A DNA stretch of 64,000 bases from contig NC_068982.1 of NCBI RefSeq assembly GCF_001194135.2, forward strand, positions 49,421,286 through 49,485,285, read 5' to 3'. Below the pieces are notes generated by a model. The model worked only from the letters and a program-made list of their open reading frames with translations. It was not told the DNA's origin and did no database searches. Each line of letters opens with the position of its first letter. Within the stretch, counting starts at the first letter, position 1. Positions 38,092-52,572 of the stretch are shown one piece after another. The position numbers were made by a program, and so were the translations under genes. This stretch comes from Octopus bimaculoides (Eukaryota).

Positions 38092-38520
38092 GGTTTCACC
38101 AGTCCCCAGCCGAATCGTCCAACCCATGCTAGCATGGAAAGCGGACGTTAAACGATGATGATGAGGTAGACCCAGGAAGACATGGGAGAAGGTGGTGAAG
38201 CATGATCTTCAAACACTGAGCCTCACAGAAGCAGTGACAAGTGACAGAGACCTTGGGCGATATACTGTGCCTAAGAAGACCTGTCAAGCCAAGTGAGATC
38301 ATAGTCATGGCTGACACCAGTGTTATGTAACTGACACTTATGCTGGTGGCATGTAAAGAGCACCCACTATACTCTTGGAGTGATTGGCATTAGGAAAGGC
38401 ATCCAACTGTAGAAACCATGCCAAATCAGATTGGAATCTAGTGCAGCTTCCCAGTTTTCAGTCAAACTGTCCAACCCATGCCAGTGTGGAAAACAGACGT
38501 TAAATGATGATGATGATGGA
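38092..38520 (+). mobile_element. Two abutting RTE 3' ends
   Basis: A short CpG-intact terminus with (GAT)n (38092-38164) is immediately followed by GRPRKTW-type coding end, UTR and a second (GAT)n tail. Confidence 0.8.
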
Positions 38521-39645
38521 CTTTCATGAGATATTTAACCATTTGCTGGATAGTATTGTTAAGAAAAGAGGAGTCACTTTGAGAAGTGGAGAAGAAGAGT
38601 GTCCTCTTCTCTGAAAGGTATATTTCTTTGTTTTACTTGTCAAGGTAATGACAAACAAAAATTGCGTCAGATGGAAGCAGGGGAAAAAGATGGAAGCTAA
38701 TATTATTGTTTGTGAAAATTCAACATGTATTACGACAACAGACATGTAACAAGGTAACCATGGAAATGACATATACGGTGGTAAAAGAAAAGCTAGGTTG
38801 GAATTGAAATGTAAAGAATAGAAATCTTTTCTTTGCATCTTGTGTCATCAGTGGAATAGATATTCCAATTACACAACTGAAACTTGAAAAGGTGAATAAA
38901 TTTATTCATGAAGGAGCAGGTGGTGTATCTCTTCATAGATGACAGGGAAAGAGCAGAGAGAATATTTAAAGAATTATGGTAAGAATTAAGCAGTGCTTCA
39001 AAAGAACAGCAAAACTATTTTGATAATGGAATTAGATGAATTCTTTGAAACAAAGATATGTCATATTGATTCTAAGCAATTTCGAGGGTGGAGTAAGTCA
39101 GTTACACTGATTCCAGTGTCCAGCTGGTACCTTATTTTATCAACCCCCAAAGAGATGAAAGGCAAAATTGACCCCAGCAGCATTTGAGCTCAGGTTGTAA
39201 AGTTAAAAGAAATACTACCATGTATTTTTCCCGGCACAGTAATGATTCTGCTAGCTTGCCACCCTGATCAGATATGTTATGTTGATTCCAAATCTTTGCA
39301 CAAGGCCAACAATTTCAAGAATGGAGTAAGTCGATTAGACTTATCCCAGCGTTCAACTGGCACTTTATTTTATCAACTCCAAAAGGATAAAAGGTAAAGT
39401 CATCCCTGGCAGCATTTGAATTCAGAACCTAAAATCAAATGAGATATCGCTAAGCATTTTTCCTGACACAGTAACAATTCTGCTAGCTTGCAGCCTTGAT
39501 CAGACATGTCATATTGATGTTTAGCTGTGAGTCATCTTTGAATAAGCAGACCTATGATAAAAAAGGTTCTTACCATGAGCACCCAGAATTTTATTCAGAT
39601 TCATTTTAAGATAACAGGGTGGGATTTAACCCTTTTGTTATCATA

Positions 39646-40215
39646 GGCGCAGGAGTGGCTGTGTGATAAGTAGCTTGCTTACCAACCACATGGTTCTGGG
39701 TTCAGTCCCACTGTGTGGCACCTTGGGCAAGGGTCTTCTACTATAGCCTCAGGCCGACCAAAACCTTGTGAGTGGATTTGGTAGACGGAAACTGAAAGAA
39801 GCCTGTCATATATATGTATATAAATATATATATATATATATATATANNNNNNNNNNNNNNNNNNNNNNNNNNNNNNNNNNNNNNNNNNNNNNNNNNNNNN
39901 NNNNNNNNNNNNNNNNNNNNNNNNNNNNNNNNNNNNNNNNNNNNNNNNNNNNNNNNNNNNNNNNNNNNNNNNNNNNNNNNNNNNNNNNNNNNNNNNNNNN
40001 NNNNNNNNNNNNNNNNNNNNNNNNNNNNNNNNNNNNNNNNNNNNNNNNNNNNNNNNNNNNNNNNNNNNNNNNNNNNNNNNNNNNNNNNNNNNNNNNNNNN
40101 NNNNNNNNNNNNNNNNNNNNNNNNNNNNNNNNNNNNNNNNNNNNNNNNNNNNNNNNNNNNNNNNNNNNNNNNNNNNNGCATGGCCACAGTCAAATGACTG
40201 AAACAAGTAAAAGAG
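39646..40215 (+). mobile_element. SINE family B spanning an assembly gap
   Basis: Head at 39646 and tail at 40178-40215, on either side of the N-gap. Confidence 0.8.
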
Positions 40216-41884
40216 TATATTTCTAGTGAAATACACAGCCTTTCTTTCAGTAAATTCTTTTAATTGTTTCAGTCATTTGACTGCAGCCATGCTGGAGCAC
40301 TGCCTTAAAGGGTTTCAGTTGAAGAAATTGACCCCAGGACTTATTCATTGTAAGCCTAGTACTTATTCTATCAGTTTTTTTTTGTTTTTTTTTTGCCAAA
40401 CCACTAAGTTATAAGGGATGAAAACATCAATATCGGTTGTCAAGCAATGGTGGGGCAACAAACACAGACAGAAAGACACACACATATAAATACATACATT
40501 TAATAGAAATATGTTACAAAAACAAAATAGAAACTACACGTGGAAATGTAAGGGGAAAAGACATTGCAACTAATATGCTAGCAGCAATAATGCTACTTGA
40601 CCATTTCTTTAATGTAAAACACAAAGAATTGTTTTCTGAGCTAAGGTGCATGCTTTTAGACACAAGAGAGTGAAAAATATTTGATTGGCCAGAGTGACAG
40701 AGGCAAGGCATGGAGATAAAGTCACATACTTTGGCTGGGTTTAGACCAGACCTGCTGGAGGATAGGACCTGAAACAAGATCACATACAGAGTGACATGTC
40801 TTGCCAAGAGACAGACTGAGAGGCAGTATCCATTTAAAGGTCAGGCAAAGATAGTAAATGTATATATCTAATAACAGATCTATCATTTTTAACACCTGAC
40901 CATGTCTAAGTTCGTTCTTTTAATTCTTGCTCAGAAAGCTACAAGTATGCTATAGCTGATGATATGTCAGCAGGCACTGAAGTTAAAATATCTGTTCATC
41001 TTCCCTGATGGTGAACAGGTGATGTCATCAATTATCATTTATCTGTCGAAGAGGCACAGTGCTTAGTCATGAGACAAGCTAAGCATTGAAGATCAATTGG
41101 CCATATGTATTGGTGGGCTTCCAGTTCAGGAACTATAGGCTGACAGTGCTACCAGAAGGTGAATGAACAGTTCAAACCTAGCAGCAGCAACAACAACAAC
41201 AGTAGCAGCAGCTGCTGCAACCCCCGCTGCTGTCACCACTACCACCTAAATGTATCTTTTCCATTTCTGTTATTTCTTTCTCCATCCAAGCTATTACAGC
41301 CTCAATTTCTTTTGACCTTTTACCTCTTGAAATTATCCACATCAGCAGCACCAAATTTGCTAGAATTTAGCAAATTCAGTGTTATTATTAAGGTCAGTGG
41401 TTGACGCAATGAGCTGACAGAATCATTAGCATACTAGACAAAATGCTTAGCAGCATTTCTTCTGGCTTTACATTCCATCAAGGTTTGCTCTGCCATTCAT
41501 CCCTATTGGGCTGATAAAATAAGTACCAATCAAACACAAGGTTCGATGTAAATGACTTGCTTCCCTGCAAATTCTAAACCTTGTGCCTCTAGTAAAAAAG
41601 AAAATTAATAAAGTCAAATACCAATCTAACACAATAAAGGAAAAATCATAACAAAGTAACTAAAAAGAAAGAAAAGAAGAACAGGTATGGCTATGTGATA
41701 AGAAGCTTACTTCCTAACCACTTGGTTCCGGGTTCAGTTCCACTTCATGACACCTTGGGCAAGTGTCTTCTACTACAGCTTCAGGCCAGCCAAAGCCTTG
41801 TGAGTGGATTTAATAAACAAAAACTGAAAGAAGGCTGTCGTGTATGTATGTATATATATATATATCACCTTGATCACCTTGACA

Positions 41885-42000
41885 AACCAGTCCATCTGGC
41901 GTTCATTTGACACCGCTGGTCACTGTACTCTGTCCACTCCTCTCTGGATTGTGCCTTCCTCATCGACGTGGTTCCAATCGCCCTCCTAAATTCATTGACG
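41885..42000 (-). mobile_element. Short RTE-like C-terminal fragment within a SINE B microsatellite
   Basis: Reads VNEFRRAIGTTSMRKAQSREEW (xAQDRxxW-type motif); the SINE B head (41685) and tail (42100-42310) flank it. Confidence 0.55.
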
Positions 42001-42030
42001 GCTGACAGACACAAAGACACACATACATAG

Positions 42031-42086
<56 letters not shown>

Positions 42087-43319
42087 ACATCTATGTATGT
42101 GTGTTTTTGTGTCTGTCACCCATCACTGGATGACAAGCAATGCTGGTGTACTTACGTCCCTGTAACTTAGCGGTTCATTAATAGAGGCTGATAGAATAAG
42201 TACTAGGCTTTAGAAAAAATTAAGTCCTAGGGTCAATTTGTTCAAATAAAATTCTTCAGGGCAGTGCCCCAGTATGGTCAAAGTCAAATGACTGAAACAA
42301 GTAAAAGAATAAAAGACAAAAAATTTGGTTTTGCTTCACATTTGGAACTACTTCTTATAATGTCTTAGCAGAAAAGTATGAATGTCACAATTTCTTGTTA
42401 CAATTCTACAATAATGTTAAAATATTTTTCAATTAGTTAGGAAATTTTATTAGGTGAAAATCTTGAGAGAATGGTATTTTTACTTTTATTCAGAAATATA
42501 AGCTAACAAAAAGCCAATTAATTTTTATTCTGGCACCATAAATTTGCTGGAGGATAAGTTCCCATCAGTTTTATTTTATTATATTTAAAAAATTCTTAAT
42601 ATTTTTATGCTTTTGTTTTTCTTTAGGATTTATTTTGAAACTAATCTAATTGAAATTAGAAAATCTTTTTTTACTCTTATAACTAAATAAACTCCTATGA
42701 CCACAGACAAGCACATGTGTGCGTGTGTGAGTATGCCCATTCACAAATACACACACACACAAACACATATATATGTGTATATATTTATATATACATATGT
42801 ATAGTATACATATACATGCATATGTATGTGTGTGTATGTACAAATGTTTTATTCATTGCTATTAAGTCTGAGATTTTTCTTTTTTTATGGCTTATTTTGG
42901 TGATTATTCATATCTCTGTCTCTTTGATTTAACTCATCTTCGGTGGGGCAGTGTACACTGCTTTCTCTGCATTTCAATATTTATGTCAAATGATGCATCA
43001 TTTTTTTCTTCACTGTTTTCATTCATGTTAGATATCTTATTTATAATTAATAACATAAAATAGTATTATTTTTTAACCACATGAATACCTGAGACCTTCC
43101 AGCATAAATGTGTTTGTAGTCATTTCTAAGATAACAATTCATCAAAACTAGTGATTTGTTATAAAAAACCAGTAGTGAAGTACCGTTATATCATAGTTCA
43201 GTCATTTTAATTTAAAAAAAATTTGTTTTATGTTTATTTTTTGTGTAAAATGCAATGAAATATCTGATATTGATTGTAGCAGAAGTGGGGCTAAGTAATC
43301 TCTTGCACAGGTAAATTGA

Positions 43320-43640
43320 AGGAAGGTGGCTTAGTGGTAAGTGTATTTTACACCCAATTATTTGGTTGTGAGTTTCATTCCCAGTGGTGCATTGTATCCT
43401 TGAGCAAGACACTTTATTTCATACTGTTCCAGTCACTCAGCTGGCAAAATTGAGTTGTACCTGTAATTCAAATGGCCAGCCTTGTTCCATTCTGTGCCAT
43501 ACTGAATTTCTCTGAGAATTGTGTTAAGGGTATGCATGTCTGTGGAATGCTCATCCACCTAAACATTAATTTCACAAGTAGGCTGTTCCATTGACTGAAT
43601 CAACTGGAACCCTTGTCATCATAACTAACAGAGTACTAGT
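43320..43640 (+). mobile_element. SINE family C variant
   Basis: GGTGGCTTAGTGGT head and CTTGAGCAAGACACTTTATTTCA core; its reverse complement matches 60660-61000. Confidence 0.7.
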
Positions 43641-43673
43641 TATGTAGATAAATGCTTTCACAGTAGTCTTTAA

Positions 43674-43892
43674 TGCTTTAATTACCGTATTTATTTTGAG
43701 TTGTTCTGTGTTTCTTTCAATTAATTTTAAATATAACATAGAATTTAGAAAAATAGCTTGGTTATCATTAAGCTAGTGTTAGGAACATGATTCGTGACTA
43801 AGGTTTGGTGGAAGATTTTAATTCAAAACTTATGAAAATAAGACATTTGTACAGAGTTAGATGCGGTTTCAGCTCAGTTGGTATCAAAAGGG
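43674..43892. mobile_element. Second piggyBac-type MITE family
   Basis: Right end GGTATCAAAAGGG|TTAA and a decayed left end after TTAA. Confidence 0.55.
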
Positions 43893-44446
43893 TTAAGTAT
43901 CAGATTGGCATGTAATTCGACGTAGTATATAATTTAAACACTCAAACATCATCACTATCTATCCAAATTCTGCTGCTTTTTAGTTGGAAGTCTTGGGCCC
44001 TTGAAAGTTATCTTTATGTGTAAGTTCATCTAAAATTTTGGTGTAAATTTTAGACTGAAAAATTTTACCTGTATGCTAGAAAATATGGTATATTGTTCAG
44101 AGAGTTATTCAAGAGTATCAGAAGCTATCTCCATGTTTTGTAATAATATATACATGATAGATGTCCTTTTCCTTTCCCACTATAGGCTCAAGGGCTAAAA
44201 TTTAGGGGCAAGGGGGCAAATCAATTACATCAAATTCAATACCTGACTGGTACTTATTTTATCAATACCGAAAGGTTGAAAGGAAAATTCGACCTCAGTG
44301 GAAAAGCTGGAAGAAATACCACTGACCATTTTGTCCAGCATGCTTCTGAAAATAGCATTAGTTGAGCTAACAAGTAAGATATCTGAATAGCAAGAAATGC
44401 TATATTTCAATAGCATATCTGAATACCTCTCAACTAAATACATTTG

Positions 44447-44903
44447 CTATTTTAGTAAGAAAAATATTTTAAAATTCTATTGACAACAAATATTTCATTT
44501 TTGCCTTATAGGCAATCTATGAGACAATGCAAAACTTCATTAATCACTGATATTTGTATCTGTCTTTGGTAGTAATTATTCAGATTTTGGACAAGAAGTA
44601 AATAGGTTTACTTCCTATTTTCAATGAAATTTTAAAATGTCTTTTTGAATGATTACATTAGAAGTTCTATTAAAAAAATATATTTTCAGTGAGATTTCTG
44701 AAGTTAACAAAGTCAGAAGCCAAGTTTCTTACGTAAATGGGCAATTACTTGGAAATATTTCTGAATACTTGTCAAGATTAAGAATTGTAATATGTAGTTT
44801 CAAGGAAAGATAATATTTCAAACTTGCTAATATACCTTCTTATTTAACAAAACCCCAGAAATCATTTTTTTTAACACTCTTTTCTTGTTTGTTCCACATT
44901 AAA
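44447..44903 (+). repeat. Copy 1 of a ~450-bp direct duplication (copy 2 at 56338-56788)
   Basis: Long identical runs, for example ACAATGCAAAACTTCATTAATCACTGATATTTGTATCTGTCTTTGGTAGTAATTATTCA. Confidence 0.9.
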
Positions 44904-45407
44904 NNNNNNNNNNNNNNNNNNNNNNNNNNNNNNNNNNNNNNNNNNNNNNNNNNNNNNNNNNNNNNNNNNNNNNNNNNNNNNNNNNNNNNNNNNNNNNNNN
45001 NNNNNNNNNNNNNNNNNNNNNNNNNNNNNNNNNNNNNNNNNNNNNNNNNNNNNNNNNNNNNNNNNNNNNNNNNNNNNNNNNNNNNNNNNNNNNNNNNNNN
45101 NNNNNNNNNNNNNNNNNNNNNNNNNNNNNNNNNNNNNNNNNNNNNNNNNNNNNNNNNNNNNNNNNNNNNNNNNNNNNNNNNNNNNNNNNNNNNNNNNNNN
45201 NNNNNNNNNNNNNNNNNNNNNNNNNNNNNNNNNNNNNNNNNNNNNNNNNNNNNNNNNNNNNNNNNNNNNNNNNNNNNNNNNNNNNNNNNNNNNNNNNNNN
45301 NNNNNNNNNNNNNNNNNNNNNNNNNNNNNNNNTTTTTTTATTCCCTTGCTGGCCACCTGATAAAATCGGTATTTAAATATCGACCTTATCCTCATTTGTA
45401 TAAATTG

Positions 45408-45475
<68 letters not shown>

Positions 45476-45669
45476 TCCACAGATGAGATCCAGTGATTAT
45501 CCATATACAAGACACTTAGTTGTGCTCAAAAGATTCAAACTTAAACTCTTATGTCTTTACAGGAGATCGATTCCACCAGGTAAAGAAAGGCTATAAGAGG
45601 GATCAGGTTGAGAGGGTACAGAGGCAATAATGCAGGTAAACAAATTAGAAACATTAATATTATAGTTTA

Positions 45670-46020
45670 GGTTTGATATGTATATATGTTTATGTATGTA
45701 TCTATGTAAATATATGTATATGCATGTATGTATGTGTAAATGTATCTGTGTATATATATGTATGTATGTATATATATATATATGTGTGTATATATGTATA
45801 TATATGTATGTGTGTATATATATATGTGTGTATATATGTATATATATGTATGTATATATGTATATTCATTATGTATTTATATATGTGTATGTATGTATAT
45901 ATGTATATACATTATTTATTTATATATGTGTATGCATGTATATATGTATATATATATGTATGTATATATGCATATACATCATTTATATATATATATATAT
46001 ATATATCTATATATATACCA
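45670..46020. repeat. Complex (TA)/(TG)/(TATG) microsatellite
   Basis: Directly visible. Confidence 0.95.
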
Positions 46021-46149
46021 ATTTCCCTCACAAGCTATTGGCTGATTTACAGCTATGATATAGTACCCCATGCCAACAATGTTCAGGAGTGGGATGAAAT
46101 CCTTTAGCACATGTTTCCAAAGTGAATTTCTGAACCATATAGCCATACC

Positions 46150-47300
46150 TGCACCTATCCTATCATTCTAATTAGTTATGTCCAAAAAAAAAAAATTTCT
46201 TTACAAGCTAGTTTTCTCTTCAAAATCCATATCAACAGAAATTGTTTCAGCCATTTACTTTCGACAAGCTTGATATAGAAATGAATTAAATATGAAGCAA
46301 AAATTTCTTGGCCTTATGAATGCTATGTGCTAATTTCTGGCATAGAGTAAGAGCCATCAACTGAATATATTCATTCTGCACTAACTGCGATAAATATGAT
46401 ATTGTTCCAGGATGCTTTCGCACATTACTGAGATGTTCTTTCATGACAGAATCAAAGTTTTCCAATAATTTTCATAACCTCAAAAATTTCCAAAGTAACT
46501 TTCCTCTCCTTGTCTATGGGATTTCTTGTGATCATGGAATGTAAGATTTTTAGTTGTTAAAGATTTTATGCAATGGAGAATTCTGTGGTAAGCATCTTGC
46601 TATTTTTGTTTTTCTTATACAGCATAAGCCAAATCATTCATGTGAATGATTTCTCTGTTCTCCAAAAGATATTTTTTCCATTCTCTTCCATTGGGTAAAG
46701 CCTATCGATATATTCCTTTTTCCTAATTTTTTTTTTTTTTTTGTTCTGCTTTCCCTTATCATGGAAGCTAAACCTTTCTGGTATTTTCTGATGATCGAAT
46801 CAATTTTCTTGTTCAAGTGAAGTCTGATTGGCATTTTAGGAAAAGAAGCAAACAACAAAAGCTGAATTCTGCTTTCTTTAGAGAATAAACAAACCATGAG
46901 TGCCAAACTTTTTCTCCACATCTGTTTTCCAACGTTCTTTTAAATCATCTTTCATTCATTGATTGGTTTTGTGTGAGAAGAAAATGGCCCTTTACTATTT
47001 TGAGAATACTTCAAAACCAATGTAAACATTTCTGTCCACAGGGCATCTGATAAAATTACATTCTTGATAATTTATCAAATTCCAAGAAACCTACAACATG
47101 ATGCTGAATTTGCAAATGGTTCTATGCCGATCTGTGTTTTCCTGCTTTTCAATATTCAAAGTTTTAGAAACTTCTGTCCCTTTGAAAGATATTTCTAGTT
47201 CTTAAAAACATCTAATTCTCCTTCTAATAAACTGGTGGGTTGGTCTAAATTCATATCTGATGTTCGGATGCTGAGGGAAAAATAAACTATGCAGCAAGGA
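46150..47300 (-). mobile_element. hAT (ZMYM1-like) transposase relic
   Basis: Decayed minus-strand frame includes ENFDSVMKEHLSNVRKHPGTISYLSQLVQNEYIQLMA, matching the hAT pattern FDxVMKEHL..YLSxxIQNExI. Confidence 0.65.
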
Positions 47301-47794
47301 ATGACATCAGAAAATCACTTTCATCATTTTTATTTATTTATTTTTATTTTTGGCTTTTAGCTTCTACTTTTTGCATTCTTCATTTCTTCCTACTTACTGG
47401 CTGACATAGATACATCTTCAAAATTACTAATGTTCACTTAATGGTCCAAAAAAAAAAAAATCACAAACACACACACATGAAATATGCACATATATTTACA
47501 CACTCATGCATTAGAGGTGTTAAAATACTGAAGTATCCAATACTGGTAGCTGATACTGATGATTTTGCTGCACTAATATTCATAGTTAATATTACTATCA
47601 ATAATTACAAAATCAGCTTTTACTTGAGTAACCAAAGTCACAAAAAATATACAAGAATATCAATAAGAATACCCACAAGGTGTAGTGGTGTGGTTAAGAA
47701 ATTTGCTTTCCACCTTCATGATTTCAGGTTCAATCCCATTGTATGGTACCATGGTCAAGTGTCTTCTATAATAGCATTGAGCTGATCTAACCTC

Positions 47795-47878
<84 letters not shown>

Positions 47879-48329
47879 TTACATATATATATTTATATAC
47901 ATGTATATATATATATCTTCTGTTCTACTTCGACTTTCTTCCTCTTTTTCTCTTTTCCTTTTTGCCACCACCAATAACAACTACACTGACATTCACACCC
48001 TCTGACAATGCCTGACCTCCACTCCTTCCTCCAACACTTTCAATCCCTTCTTTGTCATTTTCTTTCCTCCCCCCACCCTCCACCAATCAATGCTTGCAGC
48101 CCACAAAAAGACTCTCTCACTTGCTTTTTAAAAAAACTCGCCACTCTAGTCATCTGTCTTTTCTTAGTCGTTGCATCCACCATCACGCCAAATCCTCTTT
48201 CTTTTCTTTACTTTCCTGAGTGTCCAATTACACAGTACTTGTACCACGTCCTCATGTTGTCTTTTCTTGCTTGTTCTTGTTTGGATTGACGATATATATA
48301 TATAAACAAATCACAATCGCTGATGTGGC

Positions 48330-48795
48330 CAAATGACTGTACCACCTGATTGGCACTCATGCCAGTGGAATTTTAGAAGCACATCGGAACATGATCGTTG
48401 CCAGGGTCACAGATTGGCTCACATGCAAGTGACACTTAAAAAGCACCATTCGAGTGTGATCGTTGCCAGCGTCGCCTTACCAGCACATGTGCTGGTGGCA
48501 TATGATAAACAACATTCAAGCATGGTCGTCGCCAGTGCCGCTGGACTGGCTCCCATGCAGGTAGCACGTAAAACCATCTTTTGAACGTGGTCGTTGCCAG
48601 AACTGCCTGACTGGCCTCGTGTTGGTGGCACATAAAAGCACCCACTACACTCTCGGAGTGGTTGGCATTAGAAAGCTGTAGAAACATTGCTAGATCAGAT
48701 TGAGCCTGGTGCAACCTCTGGCTCACTAGCCCTCAGTCAAACCGTCCAACCCATGCCAGCATAGAAAGCAGATGTTAAACGATGATGATGATGAT
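48330..48795 (+). mobile_element. RTE 3' UTR with ~60-bp repeats and (GAT)n tail
   Basis: Shared terminus GCAGATGTTAAACGATGATGATGATG. Confidence 0.8.
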
Positions 48796-49609
48796 ATTTG
48801 TACATATATATATACATTTATTGATATATATATCTTTGTACATATATATATATATACATATATATTTGTACATATATATACATACATATATTTATATATA
48901 TTTTTACATATATATATATACATATATTTGTACATACATATACATATATTTATATATATTTGTACATATATATCTAGATATATTTGTACATACATATACA
49001 TATATTTATATAAATATATTTGTATATATATATATATATATATATGAACCCGTCCAAATCCATGCTGTGAGGCATATATCAACTTAATATATCTAATATT
49101 TTAATCTAAAAATTTAAACTAAATAACATATTACATAAATAAATCATAGAAATGTTAATTTTAAAAATTTTAAAGTCAAATTTATAAATTGGACAGTAAA
49201 AATTAATACGATAGTATACAGTATGGAAGTATAAATGTAAAAAGCTAGTGCTAGTACATAGACTAGGCGCGTTTAATGGCTGAAATAGGGACTATATAAA
49301 ATCATAAGCAAATTCTATCCGAGTTCATTAGAACAGGGAAATGATTTTACTCCCAAAATCAGTCACTCTTCAGGTCAAATCCCTAAGAAAATACCTAAAA
49401 TCATTCAAGGAATAAACATTAACATGAGAAATAAAAATATATATAAAGAGACAAAATCTGTAAACTAATCCCTACATTAACGGTATTAATATAAATATTA
49501 AGAGTTACAATCTAAAAATATTATAGTATTATCGTAAACAAGGTTAAAACATTATGGAATAAGTAGATAATAGTAAAAAAATGTGTTAGTGTACAAAGTT
49601 ACTAAAAGG

Positions 49610-50572
49610 CGGATGTCAATATTGTTTATAAAATTAAAATAAGAAAACATGACTTGTCTGCCTATAGGATAGGGAATAAATTCTGCTTATTATGTACTAA
49701 CGAATTTAAAGAGATATTATTAACTAATAAAAAATTGATTAACTCCCACGATGAATGTAATATAAATGTAGACATAAACGGATGTCAATATTGTTTATAA
49801 AATTAAAATAAGAAAACATGACATATCTGCCGGCTGGTAATTTTAGATTAAAGCAAAATGGCTTCGCTATAGAATTTATACTAAAAAGTCACGTGATAAA
49901 TATGGCGTCTATTACCCAGAAGTTTATGCGTATTATAATTACTAAAATAATTACGAAAATATCGAAAAAGAAAATCTACCTAAAATAAAACGTTTCTTGA
50001 GGATTAAAAATACTAAAATACTTAAACTTGCAAATTAACGCAGAGTAATAACTATACCCATACGAAAATTCTATATTATGTAAATAATGCTATGAAAATT
50101 TATACTGAAAAGTCACGTGATAAACATGGCGTCCATTACCAGAGATAATTACGTGTTATAATTACTAAAATAATAACGAAAATATCGAAAAAGAAAATCT
50201 ACCTAAAATAAAAAGGTTAATGAAGATTAATAATACTAAAATACTTAAAGCTCTCAGATTTACGCAGAATAATAACTATACCAAATACGAAAGTTATATA
50301 TTACTTAAATAATGTTATGAAACATTGTAAACGACTGCTCATATTATCGTTGAATACTTAAAGTAAAGGTAGTTATATGTTCTAATTTTGTATAATATTG
50401 TGATGATTAAAGTGTATTCTAAAGCTAATTTGTTGTATTTTACGATACTGATCATAATTATAGATTGGTACCTAATACTAGGTTTAAATAAATAAATTAG
50501 TTATCTAAACTTATTATATAAGTAATTTAATTTATGTCTGCCTTTAATATTACGTTCATCGTGGGAGTTAAG
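49610..50572. repeat. Mixed direct and inverted repeat block
   Basis: ~50-bp direct repeat (49610 and 49779), ~220-bp tandem pair (about 49860 and 50085) and ~40-bp inverted pair (49739-49778 versus about 50531-50572). Confidence 0.85.
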
Positions 50573-52523
50573 TTTAAGTATGGGTGCAGCCCATGCTGTA
50601 TGAAGATGAATGAAATATTAAAGTATGAGAATAGTGAAAATTTAATTAATAATAAATTGGATCTTTGTCTTTCATGTATTCATGAAGTAACCCGTACCTT
50701 TAAATACTTTAAAGGTATTACCTAACCTCTCAATCTTGTTTTTAACCAATGTTACACTCCCTATTTTTTCATATATAGGCCTGTACACTCTAACAACTGG
50801 TATGATCATCTAGTGAAATTTTTCCTATTCCCTTAGTTTTTATCTCCAATCAATTTATATACCTGTAATCTATTATAGGTGTTGTATGTTATTCTGAAGG
50901 AACACGTCATCTAACTCTATTAAGCTGTGACTGAGCATTTATTTTTTCTCATCGGATCTAATCATATATGATAGTGGCCCATACATTTTAATTACTTATT
51001 AATCTTCATTATACCTATAAAACAAACTAGAGATATAACTAATGGATAGCTACATACCCGATAACTTACAAATAATACTGATCTGGTACACCCTCTTCTC
51101 CTCTTTGTATTATGTGATATATATCAGATGATTTTTTGTTTTACTCTTGGAACTCTATAATTTGAATAACAGGTTGTACACTAGTACCACTACCCATGTT
51201 TCGTTACCCATTTATAATACTTTCTTTTAGATATACATATCTTTTTCTAAACCTTTATATCTGCTTATAACCTATAATGGATTTCTCTTGGTATCCTACT
51301 TATCTTGTACCTGACACTGAAAATCATTGCACAAGATACCACCAATATTTGATAATTAATTTTAATTATCGGCATTCTCATAAACCCCTTATTCTGCTTT
51401 ATATCATTTTTTCGTTCATTGTATTATCCTCCTGTATTAATTCTGTTTTGTTTAATGTACAACTACCTCTAAACATCCCGATGGTTGATGTATGACCCTT
51501 ATTATTGTTGCTGGTTATTATGAATTATTATTGCTTCTATATCTATATTTTCATCATTTATACAATTTCACCTATACCACTTAGGTAATATTATCTCCCA
51601 TTCTCATTATTGTCACCACCATCTCTCGTTATAATCCTGAACCCCAATTTAAGATTTTTCTCCTCTTTAATTTTTAAGTAAAGTTATGTTGCACATTTAT
51701 TAAATGCTTAATTGCCGTAAGTATCCTTTATCTTCATTTCATCCCCATCTGGCATAAAGTAAAATAAAATCTAATAAAATGATACATATATAATTAACTC
51801 AAACATTATCATGCAGGTTGTGATAATGAGCTAGACTGCCTGGCTCTTTTCTCTCTCCCACCCCAAACATGCTCACTAACTACCTTGAAGCCATAAAACT
51901 TTTGTACACCCTACCCACTAACTAATGTCATCCTAGTTTTGCTTTGTTCTCTCATTCCAAGCCAGACTTGGCTGGAATCAGGTTTGGTTCATCCACTGTG
52001 GTCAAGTGTTGTTCTTATATCGTTTCAAATGCTATGTATCAGCTGAAGAAAGCAGTTTTTTTACGTTATGATGTAATGTACTCATTATTTTATTTTTAAA
52101 ATCTGTTGGAAACAACTGTAATGTAGTAACATTCAGCGATCATTTGTTATTTATTTGTTTGTATGTGTGTGTGTGTATGCATACAACGAGCTTCTTTCAG
52201 TTTCCATCTACCAAATCCACTCACAAGGCTTTGGTTGGCCCAAGGCTATATATAACAGAAGACACTTGCCCACGGTGCCATGCAGTGGAATTGAACACTT
52301 CCAATCAATTAAGATCAGAAGCCATGAGAGCCACTGCCTGGTATGCATCCGGGCATTTATTATTATTATTAATATTATTATTATTGTTCAGTAGTTTTAT
52401 TTTTATAACGTGCTTTCACTTCACTACCGAGCGCAGCTCTGTGTGCCTTGGGTATGTGCTGTGGTTTGCTGTGATGCTCTTATGGTTACTGTATTGAAAG
52501 TGTTTTATCATTATTATTATTAC

Positions 52524-52572
<49 letters not shown>

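Noticed and set aside
45673-49087. Tyr/Ile/Val/Cys-rich ORFs
   Set aside because: Translations of TA/TG microsatellites.
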